DNA of 63,819 bases, filler included, from Bdellovibrionota bacterium (GTDB taxonomy: Bacteria > Bdellovibrionota > Bdellovibrionia > Bdellovibrionales > JAEYZS01), in assembly GCA_963169515.1 (NCBI GenBank). It is 6 parts of 6 records of this genome, joined end to end, with 100 filler letters (N's around TTAATTAATTAA, not from the genome) between each part and the next. Parts side by side here need not be neighbours in the genome. Positions count along the whole stretch, not along the records: positions 1 to 10,811 come from CAUJEF010000077.1; positions 10,912 to 23,913 come from CAUJEF010000078.1; 4 more parts are not named here. One strand, 5' to 3'. This document shows, one piece after another, positions 8,936 to 18,449 of this stretch (positions within the stretch are counted from its first letter, which is position 1; every line of letters starts with the position of its first letter). The position numbers and the translations under genes were made by a program. The notes under the pieces are model-generated. The model searched no databases. It had not been told where the DNA came from and saw only the letters and a list, made by a program, of their open reading frames with translations.

Positions 8936-10811
8936 ATGGATTTAGAATTTCTGCCAGTTGAAAACAACAAGGAACGATCTCGAATTGTAGGGCCAAAGAA
9001 GCGCAATACCCAATTTGCGGACGATTTTTCCGCTGAGGTTTTTAATTTAACCTACAAATTTGCCGGTGAAAAAAACATTAATGATCGGCATTTAGCAATA
9101 GCGAAAGACATAGCCTCTGTGGAGAGGCCGGAGCTTCGCGCTTATTGGACCGAGAAATTTTTGGATATTCTTGAAAACTTCCGATTTGTACCGGGAGGCC
9201 GCATCACCTCGAATGCTGGTACCGGATTGAACGGTACGACATACATTAATTGTTTTGTCAGCGGATTTAGGGGTGAAGATCAGGACTCGATGATCAGTAT
9301 TCTGGATGAGCTTCGTCGTCAGGCTTTGATATTGAAATCCGAGGGGGGCTATGGATTCTGTGCCGACGTATTGCGACCGCGCGGTGCCTATGTGGATGGA
9401 ATAGGCGGCGATTCGCCCGGAGCCGTCAAACTTTTGGAAATGTGGGACACTCAAAGCGCCGTCATAACCGCGGGAAGCGGGATTAGAAAAAAAGAAGAGC
9501 GGGGTAAAAAGAAAATCCGTAAAGGCGCTCAAATGGTCACTCTGTCAGTATATCATCCCGATATCGAGGAATTTATTACTGCAAAACAGACGCCCGGAGT
9601 GCTAACTCGGTTTAATATGTCAGTTTTAATTTCTGACGATTTCATGCACGCGGTGGAAAATAATTTGTCGTGGAACTTGGAGTTTCCAGACCATGAAAAG
9701 GCTAAAGACGCTTATAAAAAATATTGGAATGGCAATTTAACCGAATGGAAGGGGAAGGGTTTTCCGGTTAAAGTTTATAAGACCTTTGAGAACGCCAATA
9801 CCCTTTGGGATCTGATCATGCGCTCGACATATAATCGTAACGAACCCGGCGTATTATTCCCTGACACGATCAATGGGTTGAACAATCTGTATTATGTCGA
9901 ACATATTAATGCAACAAATCCTTGCGGGGAACAGGTCTTGCCCGTCGGGGGCTGCTGCCTATTGGGATCGATCAATCTTACGCAATTTGTGGTTCCAGAA
10001 AAACAAACTTGGGACTTCCAACTTTTGCGCGAAACGGTGCGTACTGCTGTTAGGTTCATGGATAACGTCAATGACCGCACGAATGTTCCACTTGATGAAC
10101 AAAAAGAAAATCTGAAAAACAAACGGCGAATAGGTCTCGGAGTGCTCGGTTACGGATCAGCCTTAATGATGATGAAGGTCCGTTACGGATCGGCTCAAGC
10201 ACTGAAGCTTACGGAAGAGCTTGCGTCTTTTATTATGAACGAAGCCTATAGTGCTTCTGCGGACCTTGCCGAGGAAAAAGGTAGTTTCCTGCTTTATGAC
10301 GAGAAAAAATATTTGGCCGGTAAATTCGTGAAACGCCTCTCGTCGAAAACGCTCGATCGCATTCGGGAAAAGGGTATTCGCAACAGTCATTTGTTATCTA
10401 TTCAACCGACGGGAAACAGCTCGGTCCTTGCGAATAACGTATCGGGCGGCCTTGAACCGTTGTTTTTGAGTGAATATACCCGTACCTCTATGCAGCCTTA
10501 TCCCCCTGAAGGGTTGGCATTGCCCAAAGATGTGAACTGGCAAGCGCAGACCTTCAGCATTGATGATCCGGATGCGGGATGGAAATGGGCGAAAGAGGGT
10601 GGAGAAAATATTCTCATTGCCCACCACAATAATGAGGTTTGGAAGTACGACGCTTCCCGCGGATTATTGAAAGAAACGCGAGTTCGGGACTATGCTGTGC
10701 GTTTCCATCAGGAGCGGGGAACTTGGGTCCCGGACGCTGACTGGGCTGCCGCCGCTTTGCAACTCACCATTGACGATCATGTGAAAACGATGAAGGTATT
10801 TTCACGTTATA
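8936..10811 (+). CDS. nrdJ: Class II (adenosylcobalamin-dependent) ribonucleotide reductase, 3'-truncated at contig end
   Basis: VPGGRI, INCFV, HPDIEEFITAK, NEPGVLF, ATNPCGEQ, RRIGLGVLG, IQPTG. Confidence 0.85.
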
Positions 10812-10911
10812 NNNNNNNNNNNNNNNNNNNNNNNNNNNNNNNNNNNNNNNNNNNNTTAATTAATTAANNNNNNNNNNNNNNNNNNNNNNNNNNNNNNNNN
10901 NNNNNNNNNNN
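10812..10911. other. Artificial contig linker
   Basis: 44 N + TTAATTAATTAA (stops in all six frames) + 44 N. Confidence 0.98.
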
Positions 10912-10913
10912 AA

Positions 10914-11714
10914 TTTAAATCTTCTGCGGAACTTGCCGCCGCGTATGGAGTAGCCATCATTGCAACAATGGCGATTACAACGTGTCTCGCTGCGGCCGTT
11001 GCCTGGCATGTGTGGAAATGGCCCTGGTATAAAACCGCTCCATTTTTATTCATTTTTTTAGCTCTCGACTTTCTGTTTTTAACATCCAGTATCGCGAAAA
11101 TTCCAGACGGAGGTTGGATTCCTCTTGTGATGGGGGGACTTGTATACCTTGTTATGACCACATGGAGCACGGGCAGAAAAATTTTGCGTGAACATTTAAA
11201 GAAACGCTCGCAATCTGTGGATGAGTTTATTCAAAAAATCAAGGCCAATCCTCCGACGCGCGTTCCTGGGACGGCAATTTATATGTCTGGCGATCCGTGG
11301 GGTATCCCACTACCTCTTTTGCATAATTTAAAACACAACAAAGTCATGCACGAGCGAATTGCGATCCTCACAATCACAACAGCAGCAATCCCGGTAACAA
11401 AAAAATCTGAATTTTTGAACATAGAAAAGCTAGCTCCAAATTTTTATCGTATTGTTGCCAAATATGGTTTCACCGAGGCTCCAAAAATCACAGAAATTAT
11501 GGAGTCTTGCAAAACAATAGGCATAGACTTTTCGCTTGATGATTCGACATTCTTTTTAGGTCGAGAAACTATTTTAGCCAGCGGTCACCCTGGGATGGCA
11601 ATCTGGCGCGAAAAGCTGTTTGCTGTTATGTCACGAAATGCACAACGACCAACGAACTACTATGGAATATCCAGTGATCAAGTGATTGAGGTCGGCATCC
11701 AGGTAGAAATATAA
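10914..11714 (+). CDS. kup: Potassium uptake transporter Kup, C-terminal part (5'-truncated)
   Basis: FKSSAELAAAYG, KIPDGGW.PL, RVPGTAIY, LLHNLKHNKV.HE, TFFLGRET, IEVGIQVEI. Confidence 0.92.
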   Translation, partial: FKSSAELAAAYGVAIIATMAITTCLAAAVAWHVWKWPWYKTAPFLFIFLALDFLFLTSSIAKIPDGGWIPLVMGGLVYLVMTTWSTGRKILREHLKKRSQSVDEFIQKIKANPPTRVPGTAIYMSGDPWGIPLPLLHNLKHNKVMHERIAILTITTAAIPVTKKSEFLNIEKLAPNFYRIVAKYGFTEAPKITEIMESCKTIGIDFSLDDSTFFLGRETILASGHPGMAIWREKLFAVMSRNAQRPTNYYGISSDQVIEVGIQVEI

Positions 11715-12619
11715 TGAAAAAAAACATTGTCCAGTCCAAGCAGGATTCATTTCACTGGATGGATATTTTTGACCCGAACGAAGACGGTCTTCGTGATGTC
11801 GCAAAAAAATATCACTTGCCGCTTTCTGTGGTAGAAGAGTGTTTGGACCCGCAGCACCTGCCAAAATATGAAAAAACAGATGCTTACACATTTCTAATTT
11901 TGAGGGCATACGATGAATATGCTACAAACGACGCAGATACAGTTAACGAATTGACTCGGAAGCTTTGTATCTTTGTCGGGAAAGATTTTATTTTATCTAT
12001 CCATCGAAAAGATCAGCCCTATTTGGAGCAATTGCGCATACAGTGGTCCGCGATTTCAGATGTAAATAAGACTTCGATGAATCTCATAATATCAGATCTG
12101 ATCAGTTCCGTTGTCTGGTCCTATGAAGTTCCGCTGAATGATATGCAAACAAAATTAGATGAACTTGAAACAAAGCTTTTTAATACACGCGGATCATCTG
12201 CAATCGTACAACAGGGTTATTATCTGCGACGAAAATCTGCAGTGATAAAACGAATGTTGCGCTTTTCAATTGATGTGTTGCCTCGGTTGAATATGGGGCA
12301 GGTACGTGAAAGTTTAGACAGTTTGTATTTTTATGCTGACGAAGTTTTGGATAATGTGAACAGTCTGATCAGTTTACACATTACACTCGCGTCGCAAAAA
12401 ACCAATGAAGCTAGCCACAAATCCAATGAAGTGATGCGCGTTCTTACTGTATTTAGTGTTTTCTTTTTGCCGCTAAATTTTATAGCAAGTATTTACGGAA
12501 TGAACTTTACACATATGCCTGAACTGAATCATCCACTGGGATACTATGGCGTGCTTTTAATTATGGCTGCCGTGGCGACGGCCATTTATCTTTGGTTCCG
12601 TCGCCAGCACTGGCTCTAA
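11714..12619 (+). CDS. corA: CorA family Mg2+/divalent cation transporter
   Basis: NEVMRVLTVFS...YGMNFTHMPEL signature and two C-terminal transmembrane helices. Confidence 0.9.
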   Translation: MKKNIVQSKQDSFHWMDIFDPNEDGLRDVAKKYHLPLSVVEECLDPQHLPKYEKTDAYTFLILRAYDEYATNDADTVNELTRKLCIFVGKDFILSIHRKDQPYLEQLRIQWSAISDVNKTSMNLIISDLISSVVWSYEVPLNDMQTKLDELETKLFNTRGSSAIVQQGYYLRRKSAVIKRMLRFSIDVLPRLNMGQVRESLDSLYFYADEVLDNVNSLISLHITLASQKTNEASHKSNEVMRVLTVFSVFFLPLNFIASIYGMNFTHMPELNHPLGYYGVLLIMAAVATAIYLWFRRQHWL

Positions 12620-12921
12620 CGAATAGTAATATGGTCGATCCAGCAGGTGTCAGTTACAGCACCTGTGAATGCATCGATCACCAATAAACGATCCGTATCA
12701 CAAACTTGGAAAGATGAAAAAGACCTGAACCCGATTCTTTGAGCATCCCAAAGGCCAAGACAAACCCCTGTGGTTACATTAAAGTCACGTGCTCCTGATG
12801 TATATACTATGAGAGAACTCGAAGATGTCACTTCAAATCCAGTCATTGCAGAATAAGGAATGCACTCATGCGCAAGCGCGGTTGAAAAGATAAAAGGTAA
12901 TAATAGTAATATTTTTTTCAC
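12616..12921 (-). CDS. Small secreted Cys-containing hypothetical protein
   Basis: Signal peptide MKKILLLLPFIFSTALA; four Cys; GGGGG SD. Confidence 0.65.
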   Translation of the reverse strand: MKKILLLLPFIFSTALAHECIPYSAMTGFEVTSSSSLIVYTSGARDFNVTTGVCLGLWDAQRIGFRSFSSFQVCDTDRLLVIDAFTGAVTDTCWIDHITIR

Positions 12922-12967
12922 AAGGTCCCCCCTTTTTAGTTACCCCAAAACACTATCATGCTAGTCT

Positions 12968-13046
12968 CAAGGTACCCACTCACTTTTGGCGTAACGGCGC
13001 GTCTAACTTAGACGCGCCGTTACGCCAAAAGTGAGTGGGTACCTTG
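12968..13046. repeat. Perfect 39-bp-arm palindrome with 1-nt centre (REPIN-like)
   Basis: CAAGGTACCCACTCACTTTTGGCGTAACGGCGCGTCTAA-C-reverse complement; part of the arm recurs at 40553-40581. Confidence 0.97.
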
Positions 13047-13053
13047 GAGGTAT

Positions 13054-13521
13054 ATGCTAAAACTTTCACCGACAACGAAATTACGCTTGTTTGGCTTAAC
13101 AAAGATTCCTCTTTTATTTTTAATCCGGCCAAAAGTGACTCGGTTGGACAGCGACTGTTGCGAAATATTGGTGCCGCTCAACAAAATTACAAAAAATCAC
13201 GTGGGTAGTATGTATCTGGGAACACTGGCGATTGGAGCCGATGCCGTCGTCGCAGTTTTTGCGCTCTACAAAGGCGATAGCCATCCAATAAAAAAAATGA
13301 TTCCCATCTTTAAAAATTTTAAAGCTGATTTTTTAAAACGCGCAGAGCATGATGTTGTTTTTCGCTGTTCTGCCGGAGAACAAATCGAGCGCATGATCAA
13401 TCAAGCATCTGAAACCGGTAATCGCATAACCGAAGACATTCCAATTGATGCTTACACGCCCGCTGATAATAACGAAATAGTGGCTCGCTTTACGCTCGGG
13501 CTTTCCATTAAAATGAAATAG
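13054..13521 (+). CDS. Hotdog-fold thioesterase-like protein (DUF4442/PaaI-like)
   Basis: TKNHVGSMYLG...GAD; FKADFLKRAEHDVVFRC. Confidence 0.75.
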   Translation: MLKLSPTTKLRLFGLTKIPLLFLIRPKVTRLDSDCCEILVPLNKITKNHVGSMYLGTLAIGADAVVAVFALYKGDSHPIKKMIPIFKNFKADFLKRAEHDVVFRCSAGEQIERMINQASETGNRITEDIPIDAYTPADNNEIVARFTLGLSIKMK

Positions 13522-15459
13522 CTAGGCTCGCACCTGACTGCACATTGGAAAATCCTTTGGTGCTTGGAAAACTTCGATCCAGTAATTTGGTATCTTATTT
13601 ATTTCTGTCCGAGGAATAAGACGCAAACCTTCAGGCGAAGCCACAATCATGTCGTCTGTGCGCCAACGGCGTTTTCCTGGGAAAAATGTTATCGGATCAT
13701 AGTTTGTCATCAGACGAAGGCCTGACTTGGTATCGACCACAACCGCTCCATGCAATATCAAGTACTCTACATAAGGCTCTTGGGCACCAACCGCCACCAT
13801 TTCATAACAGGTCGAATTTGTTGGAATCAGACCCAAGATGTGCGCAGAGATTCCAACTCCGGCAGCAGGGGGTGGTGGTGGCGGCGGTCTTGGAAAATCT
13901 CTCAACACTACACTTATTTTTTTTGTGTCCAACCTCTGACCTGTTTTAACAAAATTAGGGTTGCCGACAAAACCAGCAGGGCGAACTCCCCTTGCCCCAA
14001 CATCTGGTTGGTCAATTGGGGCAATTGGAACAAACTCTTTCTCTTTCTTAAGGGTCGTCACAATATACTGTTTTGGCGTTGGGCTCACTTTCTCTGGTGC
14101 CTTGGCTTGAGCAACTACGGGAACCACAACAGGAGTGGCTTTTGGCTCTTCCGGTAGCCTCTCAACTAGTTTTTTTAGATTTTCTTGCGCCTCTACCACA
14201 GCATGCTGTGGTTCGATTTTTGCGATGGGAGGTAGTGGCGGCTTTGGAGGTGGTTTTGTTTCTACTGGAGTATTTCTCGCCACGACAGCAGGCGCTGGCC
14301 GCTCTGGACGACCGGTCAAACGCGCAATTAGACCTTCCCGCCCCAAATGATTTGCACGCATTTTCATAAGAGAAATTTTTGCTGCAACGATGGCCGCAGC
14401 AGAGGAAGACCCCAAAATGACTCCTTTATCGGTTTCAATTCTAGATGGCGAAAGAATTTCTGGCTTCTTTTTTGACTTGGATTCAGAAGACGCGTTCGTA
14501 TCAATCGCGCCAACCGTAATGACATATGGGCTGTCGGCAGGCGCAAAAACACTCTCATCTGAAGTATAATTTAAAAATCGCAACCCATGTCCTTCCGCCA
14601 GGATTCGAATTTTTCCAGATCCTTCGAAATTATGACCACGATCTTTTACGATTAGATAATACCTGCCTCTCGGCAGCTTTGCATAAATAATTTCTCGCAA
14701 CTCTCCAGGTTTTGTCCTGCCCGAGTTCGATAGGGTTTTAAAATCTTTATCAAGTAGAATGAGATCCAGGTCTGCTGTAGTACCATTTTGATTTGTATTC
14801 CAAATTAGAGAAAGTTCTCCTTCGCAATTTTCACGATCGCACATCACTGTTATCGCATTGTTTTCAGTTGGAATCAGAATTGTTCCGTCCCTGTCGGGAG
14901 CACCCACGGCCGAGCTGTACGACGTCATACCAAAGTTTCCGCTTGCATTTACCCACACCACGCCAGCATCTGTGGCGCGTTTCACTTGGAAGTTAATATT
15001 ACGAGCATCCTTATCGCTTACTTCATAAACGGGGGTGTGAACAACTATATCTACGTTTCGGGCCAAGACCTCATCCATTGCATGAGGGAAATCAGAGGCG
15101 TCTTTTACTTCAATCAAATATACTTGGGGCTCCAAATCGGACCGTAATAAGCCATCTGCAACAAAGGCCGTATAAATTTGAGCTGTCGTTAGTCCATGTG
15201 TTGATGTTGATGGAGTAGAGCTTTTAGATCTGGGTATGTATTTCGTTTGTCTTGGTAGAGTTTTTCCAATTTCTTTTTTATATCCGCTAAAGCCATTATC
15301 AATAATAGCAATGGTTAATTGTTTTTTAGGGTCTCGCACCTGAAGATACAAATCACTGAAACCATAACGAATTGTATATTCGTCAAGCTTCTTAATTTCT
15401 AATGAAAACCCATCTAACGAGACCAGAGAAAAAAGCAACGCCACGAGGTATTTCGCCAC
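13522..15459 (-). CDS. Secreted S8 (subtilisin-like) peptidase with Pro-rich linker and unknown C-terminal domain
   Basis: Signal peptide; IAIIDNGF (Asp), STHG (His), NASGN (oxyanion), VITVGA, KPEI, GSSSAA (Ser). Confidence 0.8.
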   Translation of the reverse strand: MAKYLVALLFSLVSLDGFSLEIKKLDEYTIRYGFSDLYLQVRDPKKQLTIAIIDNGFSGYKKEIGKTLPRQTKYIPRSKSSTPSTSTHGLTTAQIYTAFVADGLLRSDLEPQVYLIEVKDASDFPHAMDEVLARNVDIVVHTPVYEVSDKDARNINFQVKRATDAGVVWVNASGNFGMTSYSSAVGAPDRDGTILIPTENNAITVMCDRENCEGELSLIWNTNQNGTTADLDLILLDKDFKTLSNSGRTKPGELREIIYAKLPRGRYYLIVKDRGHNFEGSGKIRILAEGHGLRFLNYTSDESVFAPADSPYVITVGAIDTNASSESKSKKKPEILSPSRIETDKGVILGSSSAAAIVAAKISLMKMRANHLGREGLIARLTGRPERPAPAVVARNTPVETKPPPKPPLPPIAKIEPQHAVVEAQENLKKLVERLPEEPKATPVVVPVVAQAKAPEKVSPTPKQYIVTTLKKEKEFVPIAPIDQPDVGARGVRPAGFVGNPNFVKTGQRLDTKKISVVLRDFPRPPPPPPPAAGVGISAHILGLIPTNSTCYEMVAVGAQEPYVEYLILHGAVVVDTKSGLRLMTNYDPITFFPGKRRWRTDDMIVASPEGLRLIPRTEINKIPNYWIEVFQAPKDFPMCSQVRA

Positions 15460-15496
15460 GGAAAGCTCCTTTTTTTCTCCCCCCTAACAGTCATTG

Positions 15497-15512
15497 TGCA
15501 AATTTACAGCCA
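15497..15512 (-). promoter_or_regulatory. Putative sigma-54 promoter for the S8 peptidase
   Basis: Minus strand TGGC-TGTAAAT-TTGCA with -24/-12 spacing, 37 nt upstream of the start codon. Confidence 0.45.
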
Positions 15513-15543
15513 TAGCTAGCCAGCCCAGGCGGGGCAAGAGCGA

Positions 15544-16023
15544 TCATTTTCCTGACGAAAAAGCACCTAGCTCCATATACCAGCCAGCTCTAGCTAATTT
15601 GACGAAGCCAAATGGTACATTACCGATATTTCCATATTCGTCCGAAGAGTTAGAGAGTTTACATGTGTCAAACTCGCCAGCTTTAACATATACCTTTTCC
15701 AATACGCTACCATCACCCGAACAGTTACTGAGCAAATATTCTACCTCGGCGCTAGATATTAATGAATCAGCATCCACCCAAGTCTCTTCAACATTGGTTT
15801 GTTGGCCCGCCTGAACCGTTGTTTCAACGTATTTAAATTGATTTAAAGATTCATCGAACGCAGTCAGTTCAATTGTTTTTTGAAAAGGCACAGAGTGTCC
15901 AGATATAGTTTCGGTTCCTGAGTATTCAGCACGATCGCCCACCGCTGGAAAAGCCAACGCTCCAGATGATGACAGTAACACTGTTCCCAAAAAGGACATG
16001 ATAATTTTCATTTTTTCCCCCAT
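15544..16023 (-). CDS. Secreted hypothetical protein
   Basis: Signal peptide ending in ALA; 159-aa ORF. Confidence 0.7.
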   Translation of the reverse strand: MGEKMKIIMSFLGTVLLSSSGALAFPAVGDRAEYSGTETISGHSVPFQKTIELTAFDESLNQFKYVETTVQAGQQTNVEETWVDADSLISSAEVEYLLSNCSGDGSVLEKVYVKAGEFDTCKLSNSSDEYGNIGNVPFGFVKLARAGWYMELGAFSSGK

Positions 16024-16099
16024 ACATAAAAAATTTATATCACTCGAATTATTCCTGAATCCCGAGGGCGCTGATTTTGTGACGCAGCTTCTCTCCGCC

Positions 16100-16645
16100 T
16101 CATACTTTGCCCCATTCAGCTTTCAAGTTAAGGCGTTCTACCCATTCATTAATGTAGGCCTCATCAATTTCAACATTCACCAGAACATCGCGGATGTCAT
16201 CTAAGTGTTTTTCTGATCGCCCTTCCTGGAAATAGGCGAGTTTCTGTAAAATTAGATCTTCGGGTGATGCAATAAAGATTTCAATGCCGGGAGCAATAGT
16301 CAATTTTCTTCGTCGAGCGAATTCAGACTCGTAAAACTCCGTCTCTTTGTCGAGCACAACATCTACCTTTATCCCCGATTCTTGGTGAATAAGATTGAAA
16401 CTCCCTTTTCTTAAGACCTCGTCGTGTAAAACCTCCCGGGGAGGACAATAATATTCTTCGAGAGGAAACATCTTCTCAAAATGCATGACCTGGCGAGCGT
16501 TGATTCGAACAACTAAATCTACATCTTGAGTGAATCGGGCTCGGCCATAATACATTGTGGCTAGTGAGCCGACGAGGAAGTAGTCGAGGCCTAGGTCATC
16601 GAACCGCTTGACCACATCTTTTAAGACGTCGAGAAGACTCTTCAC
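16100..16645 (-). CDS. Nucleotidyltransferase-fold toxin, MenT1/DUF6036-like
   Basis: FLVGSLA...GRARFTQDVDLVV; SPEDLILQKL...RSEKHLDDI. Confidence 0.7.
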   Translation of the reverse strand: MKSLLDVLKDVVKRFDDLGLDYFLVGSLATMYYGRARFTQDVDLVVRINARQVMHFEKMFPLEEYYCPPREVLHDEVLRKGSFNLIHQESGIKVDVVLDKETEFYESEFARRRKLTIAPGIEIFIASPEDLILQKLAYFQEGRSEKHLDDIRDVLVNVEIDEAYINEWVERLNLKAEWGKV

Positions 16646-16836
16646 TTTGATTTTTCCTCGTTTAGCTTTCTAAAATACTCGGCAGTCATCCTATGAAGTT
16701 CCTCATCGGATAGTTCAGGATGCAAATGCGAAAATCGCGTTTTCTTAACAAGAAAGGCGTCCTTAAACATTTGGTTCGCCATTTCGAGATTAGTCCATTT
16801 TCTCTTTGGATGAGGGGATTTTAAAGACTCCGACAT
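16642..16836 (-). CDS. 64-aa putative antitoxin (MenA1/Rv0078B-like)
   Basis: LEMANQMF...RF..LHPELSDEEL; its stop overlaps the NTase start; true start lies downstream of the tRNA. Confidence 0.6.
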   Translation of the reverse strand: MSESLKSPHPKRKWTNLEMANQMFKDAFLVKKTRFSHLHPELSDEELHRMTAEYFRKLNEEKSK

Positions 16837-16853
16837 GAAACACCCCCGAAAAC

Positions 16854-16938
16854 TGGTGCCCGGCGAGGGACTTGAACCCCCATGCCTCGCGGCGCTAGAT
16901 CCTAAGTCTAGTGTGTCTGCCAATTTCACCAGCCGGGC
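16854..16938 (-). tRNA. tRNA-Leu(TAG)
   Basis: GCCCGGC acceptor stem; anticodon arm CTAGA-CTTAGGA-TCTAG; long variable arm; GGTTCAAGTCC; encoded CCA. Confidence 0.97.
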
Positions 16939-16944
16939 AATTTA

Positions 16945-17340
16945 TTATTTTTTATCTTTTCCAATTAGCGTTTTATATTCTGGAGCACGAATTAGATTTG
17001 CTAACTCGCGTTCATTATCCATTTCAATTCGAATCAACCAACCATCATTTGATGGATCGTCGTTCAAAGTTGCAGGTTCTTCCATAACCGCGTGATTCAC
17101 CTCGATTACAGTTCCCGTAACTGGAGAATACAAATCGCTCACCGCTTTTACGCTTTCAACAACACCAAAAGTATCGTTTTGACCAACCTTTTGGCCTTCT
17201 TCCGGAAGCTCTACATACACAATTTCACCCAGTGATGACTGCGCGTAATCTGTGATCCCAACGGTGACTATATTTTCGTCCACTTGGGCCCACTCGTGGT
17301 CCTTGGTATAATAGTAGTCTTCAGGAACTAAATATTTCAT
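16945..17340 (-). CDS. gcvH: Glycine cleavage system H protein
   Basis: YTKDHEW, VGITDYAQ, VESVKA (lipoyl Lys). Confidence 0.95.
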   Translation of the reverse strand: MKYLVPEDYYYTKDHEWAQVDENIVTVGITDYAQSSLGEIVYVELPEEGQKVGQNDTFGVVESVKAVSDLYSPVTGTVIEVNHAVMEEPATLNDDPSNDGWLIRIEMDNERELANLIRAPEYKTLIGKDKK

Positions 17341-17357
17341 GCTTATAAGTCCTTTGT

Positions 17358-18443
17358 TCAAACAAACGGTGTTTTTACCACAAGAGCTTTAACTCTTCGA
17401 TTGCGAATTTCAACAAAAAACTCACTACCTAGAGCGGCTTTTTCTGTTTTTATGTACCCAATGCCAATGGGTTCATCCAATGACGGCGACATTGTACCAC
17501 TCGTTGTAATTCCGATCATATTTCCATCCAAATCCATTAAGTTATAGCCATGCCTTGGAATTCCCTTGTCTAACATTTTAAACCCAACCAACTTTCGCTT
17601 CGGTCCTTCTTCTTTGACGCGGGCAATAATATCCCTGCCTATAAATTCGCCCTTATCCAGTTTCACAACCCAACCCAAGCCCGCTTCGATGGGATTGGTT
17701 GTGTCGTCGATTTCATTTCCGTACAGGGAAAATTTCTTTTCAGTACGAAGAGTATCGCGCGCACCCAAGCCAATGGGCTTTACACCGTATTCTTCGCCTT
17801 GCTCCAAAAGCTCATGCCATAAATCAACAACAACTTCATTTGGCAAAAAGATCTCAGCGCCATCTTCGCCAGTGTAGCCTGTTCGGGCGACAATCGTGTC
17901 GTAACCTTGAAATTCAATTTTTTGAAAATGAAAAGAAGGTATCGCATCCAGATCTTGTTTGAAAACATCTTCAAGCAGCGGCATAGCCTTTGGCCCCTGA
18001 ACCGCAATTTGCGACCATTTTAAGCTTTCGTTTACAATGTCTGCATCACGATTATTGTTTTTCATCCATTCAAAGTCTTTTTCAGTATTGGATGCATTCA
18101 CGCATACTAAATATTCTTGATGCCTCTTTATACAATAAACGATGATGTCGTCGACAAGCCCCCCGTGTTTGTTGGGCAACAAAGAATACTGCGCTTGTCC
18201 GTCTTTAAGATTATCGATGTTATTTGACGTCAGCCACTGCAGCGTCGCAAATGAATTTTTCCCGCGGACAAAAATTTCGCCCATGTGGGACACATCAAAC
18301 AGACCCACCGCCTTTCTGACGGCGTGATGTTCTTCTTTGATCCCTGCGTATTGGACAGGCATATTCCAGCCAGCAAATTCGACCATGCGGCCGTTCAGTC
18401 TTAGATGTTCAGAATACAATGGTGTTTTTTTTGCATTAGACAT
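17358..18443 (-). CDS. gcvT: Glycine cleavage system aminomethyltransferase T
   Basis: FAGWNMPVQY, LFDVSHMGE, RTGYTGEDG, GLGARDTLR. Confidence 0.96.
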   Translation of the reverse strand: MSNAKKTPLYSEHLRLNGRMVEFAGWNMPVQYAGIKEEHHAVRKAVGLFDVSHMGEIFVRGKNSFATLQWLTSNNIDNLKDGQAQYSLLPNKHGGLVDDIIVYCIKRHQEYLVCVNASNTEKDFEWMKNNNRDADIVNESLKWSQIAVQGPKAMPLLEDVFKQDLDAIPSFHFQKIEFQGYDTIVARTGYTGEDGAEIFLPNEVVVDLWHELLEQGEEYGVKPIGLGARDTLRTEKKFSLYGNEIDDTTNPIEAGLGWVVKLDKGEFIGRDIIARVKEEGPKRKLVGFKMLDKGIPRHGYNLMDLDGNMIGITTSGTMSPSLDEPIGIGYIKTEKAALGSEFFVEIRNRRVKALVVKTPFV

Positions 18444-18449
18444 TTGTAC

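Noticed and set aside
10812..10911. Repeated TTAATTAATTAA palindrome within N runs (five times), and ORFs ending in 'XXXLIN'
   Set aside because: Artificial contig linker; gene truncations and adjacency across it are not biological.
16837..16929. N-terminal extension of the 95-aa ORF 16642-16929
   Set aside because: It is the tRNA-Leu sequence read in frame; the real start is 16836.
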